From Waddliaceae bacterium (GTDB lineage Bacteria > Chlamydiota > Chlamydiia > Chlamydiales > Waddliaceae): a stretch of 64,000 nucleotides of DNA. The position numbers and the translations under genes were made by a program. The first letter of the stretch is position 1. The number at the start of each line of letters is the position of its first letter. Under the pieces are notes generated by a model. That model searched no databases. It was not told the origin of the DNA and saw only the letters and a program-made list of their open reading frames with translations. Below, piece after piece: positions 1 through 9,631 of the stretch. The DNA is taken from positions 256,001 through 320,000 of the forward strand of contig CAVRUH010000005.1 of assembly GCA_963724325.1 (NCBI GenBank), written 5' to 3'.

Positions 1-1179
1 TTTTATTGGTGGAAATGTTTTCTTAATTTCTTCAAAGATTTCTTTTAGAGCTGATATATCACTTAAGTTCACTTGAAATATTTCAATTTTTATGCCAGAC
101 GCCCGCCATTCTTTTAGCAAGGCTTCCATATGTGCGGACTTATCGTGAGAATCTACCAAAATCAGATTTTTAGCGCCATGTGCAATGTACCAAGTTGCAA
201 GTAATAGTCCTACAGGTCTGAAGCCGCCGGCGACCATATAGGTTGCATCAGCAGGAAAGTTCGGGATGCGAATTTCTTTAATACCTGATCGCACCATTCT
301 GTAAACTTGTCTTTTCCCATCTTTCCAGGCTATTTGCGGTTCATTGGATTTGGAACAAACTTCCAAAAATAATGTTTCGGCAATGTTTGCTATGTCAGTT
401 TTGGTGTCAAAGCCTATAGAGCAACAATGCATTAGAGGATTTTCTCCTTGGATGACTTTGCATACGGCTGCCAGGGGCCATTGGACTATGCTGTCAAAGC
501 TGCCGTCGTTGATGCAACTTTGTGAGACTACCCAAAGTTTTGGTGATTTTGAGAAATTTAAGGAATCGAATCCTTTGACTACATTGATAAGACAGGAAAA
601 TAGTGGTTTGTGATAGGACTCGATTGAGTTAACCGTTGGTTCAGACGTAAAATTTGTAGGCGGGCAAAGAAAAATCACACCTTCAAAGTAACTGAGGTCT
701 TTAAATTGTGAAAATGAATTCTGGAGATCATCTTGAGATAGGGGATTCACGACAAAACAATTTTGGAGTTCTTCCATTAATAGTTTTTTTATTAGAGGCA
801 ACAGGGGGTCAGATTCGATGCCTATAATTAGCCAGTTACCTTGGAATGGCAGGGAGTTGATTTCTGGTTTAGGACTATTTTTCCAAACGAATTCATATAG
901 CCAGTCTTTGAATTCATGTAATCTTGATTTAATAAGATATTGAATAATTGATTCGGCATTGGGATTTTGCAGTAAAAATATTGGGTGTAAATTGATTGAA
1001 AATTCTTTGTTTAAAGCATCGACAAGCAAATTAATTTGCATTGATTCAAATTTTAAATCAACTAAAGAAATCGCTCTTGTGTACATTTTTTGTTTTTCTT
1101 TTGGAAGTATGCCAAGGATTATTTGATCAACGGTTTCCCCTATGCTCTCAGGAGTAATATTTTTTTGTTTATCCATCAT
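1..1179 (-). CDS. Type I PKS-like protein, N-terminal part (ACP-like domain followed by ketoreductase subdomains); runs off window edge
   Basis: Manual translation of an open minus-strand frame from ATG at 1179 (RBS AGAGG) to base 1: MMDKQKNITPES...ISLVDLKFESMQINLLVDALNKEFSINLHPIFLLQNPNAESIIQYL (ACP-like) ...LWVVSQ...QWPLAAVCKVIQGENP...ATYMVAGGFRPVGLLLATWYIAHGAKNLILV (KR Rossmann start). Missing from the ORF track because the stop lies outside the window. Confidence 0.8.
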   Translation of the reverse strand, partial: MMDKQKNITPESIGETVDQIILGILPKEKQKMYTRAISLVDLKFESMQINLLVDALNKEFSINLHPIFLLQNPNAESIIQYLIKSRLHEFKDWLYEFVWKNSPKPEINSLPFQGNWLIIGIESDPLLPLIKKLLMEELQNCFVVNPLSQDDLQNSFSQFKDLSYFEGVIFLCPPTNFTSEPTVNSIESYHKPLFSCLINVVKGFDSLNFSKSPKLWVVSQSCINDGSFDSIVQWPLAAVCKVIQGENPLMHCCSIGFDTKTDIANIAETLFLEVCSKSNEPQIAWKDGKRQVYRMVRSGIKEIRIPNFPADATYMVAGGFRPVGLLLATWYIAHGAKNLILVDSHDKSAHMEALLKEWRASGIKIEIFQVNLSDISALKEIFEEIKKTFPPIK

Positions 1180-1256
1180 ATTCTACCTCTTTCCTTAAAT
1201 ATTTAGGATTTCAAAATAATTGTCAATATCATATTATAAATTTAATTTGAGGAAAA

Positions 1257-1841
1257 ATGGATAACAAAATTGCAGAATTATTAAGGCAAAAGCTTAATAG
1301 TGAGAGGATTGCATATTTTTTTGGGAGTTATGGACTTGAACAGTTGCCTTTTTTTTCAGAGGGTAGAGTCACGAACTTATATTCAATTCATGATAATGAA
1401 AAGATAATGCGTACCTTGGCAATTGTTGATTTTATTCAGCCGATTCATCCTGCACTTACGGATGTTCATCGCGAAATTATGGAAGGAAAATCCCTAGCAT
1501 TGACACTCCGCCAGAGAGGGTGGATGGTCAATAAAGTGCCGATATATTTTGGAATAATTTTACTTTCGTCGCGTTTGATGGAATGGATGCGAGAAAAAGA
1601 GAGCAACGAGGGGGCAATTCATATCTATCAGATGCGGGTTTCTAATGAGGGGCAAAAGGATGAGATTCCTTATTGTGTTGTAATTGAAATTCATAGTCCT
1701 CAATATCTTACATCTGAAAAGTTGCGTGCAATATATTTAGATCAATATGATAATTTTCGAATACGTACTGACGATGTTGTGAAGTTATTAGATCGAGTCG
1801 CAAAGGTAATTTTCAATCTGAAAATACCTAAGGAATTGTAA
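1257..1841 (+). CDS. Hypothetical protein, possibly chorismate-lyase (UbiC-like) fold
   Basis: 194 aa, RBS GAGG; weak resemblance of spacing and C-terminal VIEIHSP to chorismate pyruvate-lyase superfamily; family call tentative. Confidence 0.45.
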   Translation: MDNKIAELLRQKLNSERIAYFFGSYGLEQLPFFSEGRVTNLYSIHDNEKIMRTLAIVDFIQPIHPALTDVHREIMEGKSLALTLRQRGWMVNKVPIYFGIILLSSRLMEWMREKESNEGAIHIYQMRVSNEGQKDEIPYCVVIEIHSPQYLTSEKLRAIYLDQYDNFRIRTDDVVKLLDRVAKVIFNLKIPKEL

Positions 1842-1928
1842 GGAAATAAATGCTGTTTTTAGGTCCTTTTTGTTCCTTTTGTCCTTTTTTTGATGATTTT
1901 TAAAATTAAATATGTAAATTGATGCTAT

Positions 1929-3131
1929 ATGAAAGCAAAAGAAAAAATGAAAAAGTTATCGATAGCCATTATAGGTGGAGGCATTGGCGGCATGGCAACC
2001 GCACTCTCTCTTTTTCAGGCTGGATTTGACGTTCATGTATACGAAAAAGCGCGTGAACTGGGAGAGGTAGGTGCTGGAATTCAAGTTAGCCCCAACGCAA
2101 CGCGAATTTTGCATGGCTTTGGGCTTGCTGAAAAGCTTGCTACGATGGGAGTTCGTCCTCTTGCTTGGCAGCAAAGACGTTGGGATAATGGAAAAATATT
2201 GTTGCAAACGCCACTTGGAGATGCCGTTGAAGAGGCATTTGGCTATCCATATTATCAGATGCATCGTTCAGACCTTCTTTCAGCACTTATTGGCATCTTG
2301 CCAGTTGAAAGAGTACATCCCGGGCATCGATGTATAAATGTTATTGATCAGGAAAATAATGTTGAAATCAATTTTGAAAATGGTTCTAAGACGCAAGCAG
2401 ACATCGTTATTGGTGCTGATGGAATTCATTCTGTAGTTCGCAGCACGCTTTTTGGTACAGAAAGCCCTCATTTTACGGGATGTGTTGCTTATCGTGGACT
2501 GGTGCCAAAAGAAAGATTAAGTCATTTAAATCTTGACGTTACTTCACAGGTTTGGATGGGTCCGGAAAAGCATTTTGTCCATTATTTTGTTAGAAATAAG
2601 GAACTTATAAATTTCGTAGCTATTGTAGAGCAGGACACATGGACTCGGGAGTCATGGACAGACCGTTGCGAGTTGTCTCAGGTCCTTGCAGCATTTGAAG
2701 GATGGCATCCGCAGGTACGTAGTATTCTTGAGGCAGTTGATGACACTTTTATTTGGGGTTTATTTGATCGTGCACCTCTTCCAAAATGGTCTGTGGGAAG
2801 GATATCGCTATTAGGTGATGCATGTCATCCAATGCTGCCATTTATGGCTCAAGGGGCATCTCAAGCAATTGAAGATGGTGCTGCGTTAGCGGCTATACTT
2901 TCTGATAAGCCTGAAAGAGACATTGCGGAGTCATTAAAAATATATGAACAAATCAGACTCCCTAGGGCGTCTAAAGTACAGGGAATGTCTGCTCAGAATA
3001 AGAAACGTTTTCACCTTCCAGATGGTGCTGAGCAACAAAAACGCGATGCGGAAATGGCGAGTGGAGCGACTGATTGGGCTTTAAATGCTATTGCCTGGAT
3101 ATATGGTCATGATGCAAGAAAATTAACATAA
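1929..3131 (+). CDS. FAD-dependent aromatic monooxygenase (salicylate hydroxylase / 3-hydroxybenzoate 6-hydroxylase family)
   Basis: GGGIGG FAD motif, GADGIHS DG motif, LLGDACHPMLPFMAQGASQAIED GD motif. Confidence 0.9.
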   Translation: MKAKEKMKKLSIAIIGGGIGGMATALSLFQAGFDVHVYEKARELGEVGAGIQVSPNATRILHGFGLAEKLATMGVRPLAWQQRRWDNGKILLQTPLGDAVEEAFGYPYYQMHRSDLLSALIGILPVERVHPGHRCINVIDQENNVEINFENGSKTQADIVIGADGIHSVVRSTLFGTESPHFTGCVAYRGLVPKERLSHLNLDVTSQVWMGPEKHFVHYFVRNKELINFVAIVEQDTWTRESWTDRCELSQVLAAFEGWHPQVRSILEAVDDTFIWGLFDRAPLPKWSVGRISLLGDACHPMLPFMAQGASQAIEDGAALAAILSDKPERDIAESLKIYEQIRLPRASKVQGMSAQNKKRFHLPDGAEQQKRDAEMASGATDWALNAIAWIYGHDARKLT

Positions 3132-3140
3132 GGAGTGAAT

Positions 3141-4589
3141 ATGGATACAAATATACCTAAACATACGACAGTTCTCATCATTGGTGGAGGTCCTGCAGGA
3201 GCTTTGTCAGCATCTTTTCTTGTTCAGGAAGGGATTGATGTCGTAGTTTGCGAAAAAGAGAAATTTCCTCGATATCATATTGGTGAATCGATGCTTCCGT
3301 CGTTGCTACCCATTCTTGAATTTCTTGGTATAAGAGAAACAGTTGATAATTATGGATTTATTAAAAAATACGGAGCTCACTGGAAAATCAAGCAGAATCT
3401 TCCGGATGCACATACCGATTTCCGTAAGCAACCTAAGTATAAATACAGCTATCAGGTGGTTAGATCTGAATTTGATGAACTCATCCTAAATTGTGCTGAA
3501 GAAAAAGGGGCAAAGGTGTTCCAGCAAACGGTCATTAAAGATGTTATTTTTGAGGGTGATAAGCCCGTCAGTGCTGTATGGGAAAGGGCAGATAAGTCTA
3601 CAGGGAGCATTTCTTTTGATTATCTTATTGATGCTTCTGGATTATCTGGTTTGTTATCTAATCGTTACCTCAAAAATAGAAAATTTCAGCCTGCATTTGC
3701 CAATATTGCCTTATGCCGGTATTGGAAAAATTTCAAACATTACACAGATCAACAGGGAAAAGAATATCCTGGCGAATTCCTCATGCATGCGATTGCTGAC
3801 GGCTCAGGATGGATTTGGGCCATCCCTTTACACAATGGCACGATCAGCATTGGGGTAGTTATTCCTGAGGCACACTACAAACAATTGCAAAGCCAAAATG
3901 TTTCTATGGATGAAATCTACAACTCAAAACTTGAGCTAGCTTATGGGATAAAAGACATCTTGGTCAATGCTGCAACAGAAGGGGAAACAAAATATTGGAA
4001 TGACTATTCCTATTTTGCTGAACAATTTGCTGGTGATAACTACAGGCTCGTAGGCGATGCAGCGGCCTTTTTAGACCCCCTTCTTTCTTCCGGATTGCAC
4101 ATTGCATCTATAGGAGCATTATCAGCTGCGGCGACTCTTTGCTCAATCATTAAAGGGGATTGCAGCCCAAAAGAGGCGGCAAAATTTCATGATGTATATA
4201 TCAGGTCGAGTTACACAAGATTCATGCTTCTTCTTTCGGCCATATATAGACAGATTACTAATCAAGAACAGGTGGTGCTGCAGGGAATAAGCGGCGAGAG
4301 CATTCAATCAGTATTTGATATTATTCAACCGATGTTGACGGGGAATTATGATATGAAAAAGGATCAACCTATGCAAGAACAGAAGGCTGATAAAATCATT
4401 GATTACATGCAGTCTCGATTTGCTGAATCATATGCCTCCGATAAGGATACATCTGCGCCTAATGCAGGAGAAAAATCCATAGCTGCAGTATTTAGTGAAA
4501 AAGATCTAGTCATTGATAGCTCTAATGCTATAAATGGTTATTTTATCAATTTAGAGAAAGGAAAATTGGGACTTCAAAAAGTAAAATGA
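3141..4589 (+). CDS. Flavin-dependent halogenase 1 (phenolic, RadH/Rdc2-like)
   Basis: GGGPAG, FPRYHIGESMLPS, GFIKKYGA (catalytic Lys region), WIWAIP (WxWxIP), GDAAAFLDPLLSSG; ATG 3141 follows AAGGAG. Confidence 0.9.
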   Translation: MDTNIPKHTTVLIIGGGPAGALSASFLVQEGIDVVVCEKEKFPRYHIGESMLPSLLPILEFLGIRETVDNYGFIKKYGAHWKIKQNLPDAHTDFRKQPKYKYSYQVVRSEFDELILNCAEEKGAKVFQQTVIKDVIFEGDKPVSAVWERADKSTGSISFDYLIDASGLSGLLSNRYLKNRKFQPAFANIALCRYWKNFKHYTDQQGKEYPGEFLMHAIADGSGWIWAIPLHNGTISIGVVIPEAHYKQLQSQNVSMDEIYNSKLELAYGIKDILVNAATEGETKYWNDYSYFAEQFAGDNYRLVGDAAAFLDPLLSSGLHIASIGALSAAATLCSIIKGDCSPKEAAKFHDVYIRSSYTRFMLLLSAIYRQITNQEQVVLQGISGESIQSVFDIIQPMLTGNYDMKKDQPMQEQKADKIIDYMQSRFAESYASDKDTSAPNAGEKSIAAVFSEKDLVIDSSNAINGYFINLEKGKLGLQKVK

Positions 4590-5842
4590 TGTATTTGCAT
4601 GAGCTCATAAAAAATGTAAATGAACCTCTTGCAATTCTCATTTTGCAATTTATTGTCATTCTTTCAGTGACACGCTTTTTTGGATTTATTTGTTTAAAAA
4701 TATCTCAACCCTCTGTAATTGGTCAGATTGCTGCGGGAATAGTTCTTGGGCCTTCTTTATTGGGATATTTCTATCCCGAATATTTAAATTTTTTATTTTC
4801 TCCTGCTTCGTTAAAGCCGCTTAGCCTTTTCAGTCAAGTGGGTTTAATGTTTTATATGTTTATTGTTGGGATGGAGATTGATATATTTGTATTGAAAAAT
4901 AAGGCTCGTCAAGCCATTGCCATCAGTACTGCTGGTATAATGGCTCCATTTATACTTGGGGTTTTGTTGGCGTATTTTATTTTCAATCTTTTTGCCCCTC
5001 CAAGCACCCCCTTTATTTCATTTGCACTTTTCTTCGGAATTGCGATGAGCATTACAGCGTTTCCTGTTTTAGCGCGCATCTTACAAGAAAGAGATTTGAC
5101 AAAGTCGAACATAGGTAAGCTGGCATTGACCTGTGCGGCTGTAAATGACGTTACTGCATGGTGTTTATTGGCCTGCATCACAGCAATTGCCACAGCTGGA
5201 AATATCAATACGGCTTTAATCACTGTGTTTTTGGCGATTATGTACATTTTGGTGATGATTAAAATCGTTCGTCCAATCATCCTGAAATATTCTGAAAATT
5301 ATCTTCCCAATAGAATCCTGCATCAGACAATTGTGTCGTTGATATTTGTGGTATTATTTGCCTCATCATATACCACGTATGCTTTTGGCATTCATGCGCT
5401 TTTTGGCGCCTTTATGGCGGGTGTTATTATGCCGCACAATGTCGCTTTTAGAAAGAATTTCACAGAAAAAATTGAAGATGTCAGCCTTGTTGTCTTGCTT
5501 CCGATTTTCTTTGTTTATTCAGGATTGCGAACTGACATTCAACTTCTCAATCAATCCAGTGAATGGCTGATTTGTCTACTAGTCATATTAGTGGCTATTG
5601 CGGGGAAATTTGGAGGCTGTGTTGTTGCTTCAAGGGCAGTTGGTGAAACTTGGAAAGATTCTCTTTTCATCGGGACATTAATGAATACCAGAGGGTTAAT
5701 GGAATTAATTGTCTTAAACGTCGGTTTCGATTTAGGAATTCTTACCTCAGAAATATTCACAATTCTTGTCTTGATGGCACTTATAACGACCTTTTTGACT
5801 AATCCAGCCCTCGATCTCATAAATCGCTTCTTCTGGCGTTGA
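4586..5842 (+). CDS. Cation/H+ antiporter (CPA2/Kef-like), halogenase-associated
   Basis: Multi-TM protein with [37 protein letters not shown] motifs; start overlaps halogenase stop (ATGA). Confidence 0.9.
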   Translation: MMYLHELIKNVNEPLAILILQFIVILSVTRFFGFICLKISQPSVIGQIAAGIVLGPSLLGYFYPEYLNFLFSPASLKPLSLFSQVGLMFYMFIVGMEIDIFVLKNKARQAIAISTAGIMAPFILGVLLAYFIFNLFAPPSTPFISFALFFGIAMSITAFPVLARILQERDLTKSNIGKLALTCAAVNDVTAWCLLACITAIATAGNINTALITVFLAIMYILVMIKIVRPIILKYSENYLPNRILHQTIVSLIFVVLFASSYTTYAFGIHALFGAFMAGVIMPHNVAFRKNFTEKIEDVSLVVLLPIFFVYSGLRTDIQLLNQSSEWLICLLVILVAIAGKFGGCVVASRAVGETWKDSLFIGTLMNTRGLMELIVLNVGFDLGILTSEIFTILVLMALITTFLTNPALDLINRFFWR

Positions 5843-5861
5843 ATGCGTAGAAGCACATCTT

Positions 5862-6368
5862 AAATAACAATTCACAAAACTATAAAACCGTTGCAGCGCA
5901 GGCATAGGTATCGTAAACTTTCCTGCAAAAGGGAAACAGGATATGCAGGATCGCAAGCGGCAGGATATGAAGGATTATATGAAGATGATGTCAATTATTT
6001 TTTATTTTAAAGCAGGGTAAGAAGTTATATAAATCATTCATATCCTGCCGCTTGCGATCTTGCATATCCTGTTTTCCTTTTGCAGGAAGGTTAACAAGAT
6101 AGAGGTCATTGATACCTTGTAAACCTCCCTGCAAAAGGGAAACAGGATATGCAGGATCGCAAGCGGCAGGATATGAAGGATTATATGAAGATGATATCAA
6201 TTATTTTTTATTTTAAAGCAGGGTAAGAAGTTATATAAATCATTCATATCCTGCCGCTTGCGATCTTGCATATCCTGTTTTCCTTTTGCAGGAAGGTTTA
6301 CGATGCGTCTGCCTGCGCCTCCCTGCCGCTGCGCCTCTGCGTTTTTATAGTTCTGTGAATTGTTATTT
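5862..6368. repeat. Composite nested palindromic element (MITE/REP-like): outer inverted arms enclosing two tandem 183-bp units, each with ~58-bp terminal inverted repeats
   Basis: Outer arms AAATAACAATTCACAAAACTATAAAAC (5862) and GTTTTTATAGTTCTGTGAATTGTTATTT (ends 6368); inner units 5913-6095 and 6119-6301 are near identical. Confidence 0.9.
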
Positions 6369-8042
6369 TGACAGAGTGCTGGTGCTGGTGATGGTGACGG
6401 TGCCGGTGTCACCATTGACTTCGATGAGGTCCCCATCTTTAATGGCTACAGTAGCGTTATGAATCCCAAGAACAGCAGGAATCCCATATTCCCTTGCCAC
6501 GATAGCACAGTGGCAAAGAACCCCACCTATATTTGTAACAACAGCTTTAACAGCTCCAAAGAGCGGTGTCCAAACTGGAGATGTTGTTTTTGTTACAAGA
6601 ATGTCCCCTGGTTGAATTCTTTTAGCATCTTCGAGGTCCTTCACTATCCTTGCTGTACCACGTACAATGCCAGGTGAAGCTGCATTTCCAATTAATACAT
6701 GGGAATCTGCGGAGGGCTTTAATGGTCCACCAAAAAACTTTGTAATTCCCACATTTAACGAACTTTCTACGGGAAATGGCTCGGGCTCTGCCCCGATAAT
6801 AGAAGGTGGAGAAATCTTGGCAAAGTACTCCATTTCACTCTTTCGTTTTGAAATTTGAGGTCTAAGTTCCACTTCCGGCAATCTCTCGACTGCTTCAAGA
6901 ATCTCTTCCGGGAATAGATACAAAATTTCTTCTTCGTGATCTATTGCTTGAGCGAGAACAAATCGACGTCCAATTTCAAATAAGATTTTTCGCATGAGAT
7001 AAATCATACGCTGGTCTAAGACGTAATTATGATCCTCTTGCAATACAGAGGCAGTAACTGCGGCATCCAGTAGCATTTCGAATCGATTTCGGATCATAGC
7101 TGGGAAATTTTCAATTTTTTTACGTACCTGAGCTAGTTTCTGATCTCTTAGTTTTCTCGTTTCCTTTATGTGTTGACCGACATCGTGAGCTTCAGGCAAA
7201 AGGCAGTCCTGTATGTTTTTAATCGGCTTTTCTAAATCTTCAAGCCACGACTTATGGGTGAAATCAAGAGCTGTTTCGCAACGTTTTCCATGATTTTCTA
7301 ACACTTCTTGAATCTTCGCTAAATAGTCCCAACCGGCTTTTGACATTTGTAATGCCCCGACAATAGCTTCTGGAGGGTGCTTTCTTAAAACAAGCTCAAT
7401 ATTCTTATCCTTCATTGCTTCACGGCTTAATCTCCAAAATTCTATTTCCATTCGAGTGGTATCATCCTCAAAGCCCTCCAATAATTCAAGAGCCTCAAAA
7501 TCAGTAGCTTCTGGAAATAAGTCCTTATAAAATTCTTGAAATAAGCTCGGGGCAACCATCATCGGGACAACATTGATAAAATGAATTTCCCAGAGCTTGC
7601 GCATGCGCTCGATGGATTTAGAAAAGTGATTAATCAGTACTGTCATTGAGGAGGTTTTTAAGTTAATTTTCTCCATAAAATCTGTATGCTCAATGACTTG
7701 TGGTAAGAATTTATTATACCAATCATTTCGAAACGTGCTTAAAAATTGTTCTAATGCTTCCTCAGATTCCTGACTTTTTTCAGCGAATTCTTTGGGCGTA
7801 ACGGTAGGGTAGAGTGTCAGGTAGTAGTAGGTATTAAAGATTTTTACTTCGCATTTCAAAGGATATTTCAGGATTTTAAATGCCTGATTATACCCATGCG
7901 CCATGCTATCCCCTGAAAGTGATCTTGCCATAGGAGTGAATGGCACGGGGGCATGCATTTCGTCTTGTATCCATGACCTTGTTTTGTCTTCTGTCTTCTC
8001 CCATTGAATAGGAAAATTATCTGGTACTGAAATTTCCTTCAT
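6363..8042 (-). CDS. PEP-utilising phosphotransferase, substrate-binding plus swivel phospho-His domain (rifampin phosphotransferase / phenylphosphate synthase-like), lacking the ATP-grasp domain
   Basis: C-terminal GNAASPGIVRGTARIV...PGDILVTKTTSPVWTPLF...GGVLCHCAIVAREYGIPAV (phospho-His); long helical N-terminal region. Confidence 0.85.
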   Translation of the reverse strand: MKEISVPDNFPIQWEKTEDKTRSWIQDEMHAPVPFTPMARSLSGDSMAHGYNQAFKILKYPLKCEVKIFNTYYYLTLYPTVTPKEFAEKSQESEEALEQFLSTFRNDWYNKFLPQVIEHTDFMEKINLKTSSMTVLINHFSKSIERMRKLWEIHFINVVPMMVAPSLFQEFYKDLFPEATDFEALELLEGFEDDTTRMEIEFWRLSREAMKDKNIELVLRKHPPEAIVGALQMSKAGWDYLAKIQEVLENHGKRCETALDFTHKSWLEDLEKPIKNIQDCLLPEAHDVGQHIKETRKLRDQKLAQVRKKIENFPAMIRNRFEMLLDAAVTASVLQEDHNYVLDQRMIYLMRKILFEIGRRFVLAQAIDHEEEILYLFPEEILEAVERLPEVELRPQISKRKSEMEYFAKISPPSIIGAEPEPFPVESSLNVGITKFFGGPLKPSADSHVLIGNAASPGIVRGTARIVKDLEDAKRIQPGDILVTKTTSPVWTPLFGAVKAVVTNIGGVLCHCAIVAREYGIPAVLGIHNATVAIKDGDLIEVNGDTGTVTITSTSTLSK

Positions 8043-8164
8043 GAATCTCTCCTGACTTATATTATTATATTAATTTTTTTGAATATATAATGTCAAATTT
8101 TTTGTTTGTAAAAAAATGGAGAATATTTTAATTTAAAGTTATTGAAAAATACATGGAGTAAATC

Positions 8165-9631
8165 ATGAAAAACAATAAAGTTCCTAGTCACACAAAAGTT
8201 CTTGTTATTGGTGGAGGGCCTGGGGGTTCTCTTACAGCAACACTTTTAACGCAGGAAGGAATAGATGTTGTTGTTTGTGAAAAGGAGAAGTTCCCTCGAT
8301 ACCATATTGGGGAATCTTTGTTGCCCTCTTTGCTGCCTATACTTGATTATGTTGGATTACGGGAGAAAATGGATAATCACGGGTTCATTAAAAAATATGG
8401 TGCCCATTGGAAAATCAAGCAAGATCTCCCTGATGCGCATACAAACTTTAGAAAACAAGAAAAGTACAAATACAGTTATCAAGTGATTCGGTCAGAATTC
8501 GACGAACTGCTTTTAAATTTCGCGGAAAGTGAAGGAGCTCAAGTTTTTCAAGAAACCAGAATTTCAGCAGTTACATATAAAGACAATAAACCCGTTAGCG
8601 CTCATTATATTAAATCCGATAAGTCAGAAGGGGATATCACCTTTGATTTCTTGGTAGATGCTTCAGGTTTAACGGGGCTTATATCAAATCAATATATGAA
8701 AAATAGGAAATGGCAACCTGCTTTTGCCAATGTCGCCCTTTGCAAATATTGGAAAAATTTCAACGATTACAAAGATCATAACGGCAAGGAATATCCTGGA
8801 GAATTTTTATGCAACGCTTGCTCAGATGGTTCTGGATGGATATGGGCCATACCATTGCATGATGGGACAATTAGCATCGGAGTTGTCATCCCCGATGTGC
8901 ATTTCAAGAAATTACAAAGTGAAAATCTTACTTTAGATCAAATTTATAATGCAAAAATTGATATGGCATGGGGTGTAAAAGAAATTTTGAATGGTGCTTC
9001 GCCCGTAGGTGAAACTAAATTCTGGAATGATTACTCATACTATGCAGATACATTTGCTGGGGAGAACCTAAGACTCGTTGGCGATGCCGCAGCATTTCTT
9101 GATCCACTACTTTCTTCAGGGCTCCATCTTGCAACTGTAGGAGCACTTTCTGCAGCGGCCTCTATTTGTTCAGTCATCCGTGGCGAATGTACACCTGAAG
9201 AGGGAGCGAGATTCCATGATTCAAACGTCCGATCCATTTACACTAGATATAGTTTGCTTGTTTCAGCGGTATATCAGCAAATTACGAATCAAAAGGATGT
9301 TGTGCTGCATGGCATTAAAGGAAAAGATCTGCAGTCGACATTTGATATTATCCAACCTATACTTTCAGGTAATTTGGATATGAACAAAGACCAACCGGTA
9401 CCAGGTGAAGTAACCAAGCAAGTTCAATCCTATATACAATCTTTGTGGGCCGAACGTCATATAGCCGATCATCCTTCGGCACATGCTGAGGTATTTCAGG
9501 AGGGAGGAAAATCTTTTTCAGTTGAATTGGGCAGGCAAGATATGAGAGCAGATTCCTCTTCAGCTATTGAAGGATTTCATATTAGATTGGAAGAGGGCAA
9601 TTTAGGATTGCAAAGAATGGATGCAAAGTAA
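8165..9631 (+). CDS. Flavin-dependent halogenase 2 (paralog of 3141..4589)
   Basis: GGGPGG, FPRYHIGESLLPS, GFIKKYGA, WIWAIP, GDAAAFLDPLLSSG; collinear with halogenase 1. Confidence 0.9.
   Translation: MKNNKVPSHTKVLVIGGGPGGSLTATLLTQEGIDVVVCEKEKFPRYHIGESLLPSLLPILDYVGLREKMDNHGFIKKYGAHWKIKQDLPDAHTNFRKQEKYKYSYQVIRSEFDELLLNFAESEGAQVFQETRISAVTYKDNKPVSAHYIKSDKSEGDITFDFLVDASGLTGLISNQYMKNRKWQPAFANVALCKYWKNFNDYKDHNGKEYPGEFLCNACSDGSGWIWAIPLHDGTISIGVVIPDVHFKKLQSENLTLDQIYNAKIDMAWGVKEILNGASPVGETKFWNDYSYYADTFAGENLRLVGDAAAFLDPLLSSGLHLATVGALSAAASICSVIRGECTPEEGARFHDSNVRSIYTRYSLLVSAVYQQITNQKDVVLHGIKGKDLQSTFDIIQPILSGNLDMNKDQPVPGEVTKQVQSYIQSLWAERHIADHPSAHAEVFQEGGKSFSVELGRQDMRADSSSAIEGFHIRLEEGNLGLQRMDAK

Noticed and set aside
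344..613. 89-aa plus-strand ORF
   Set aside because: Antisense shadow of the PKS-like gene on the minus strand.
5913..6301. Possible CRISPR array
   Set aside because: Only two long identical units with identical interiors, no unique spacers and no cas genes.
5747..6436. Short ORFs 5747..5956, 5991..6200 and 6197..6436 with repeated peptide text
   Set aside because: They are translations of the palindromic repeat units, with no RBS or protein features.
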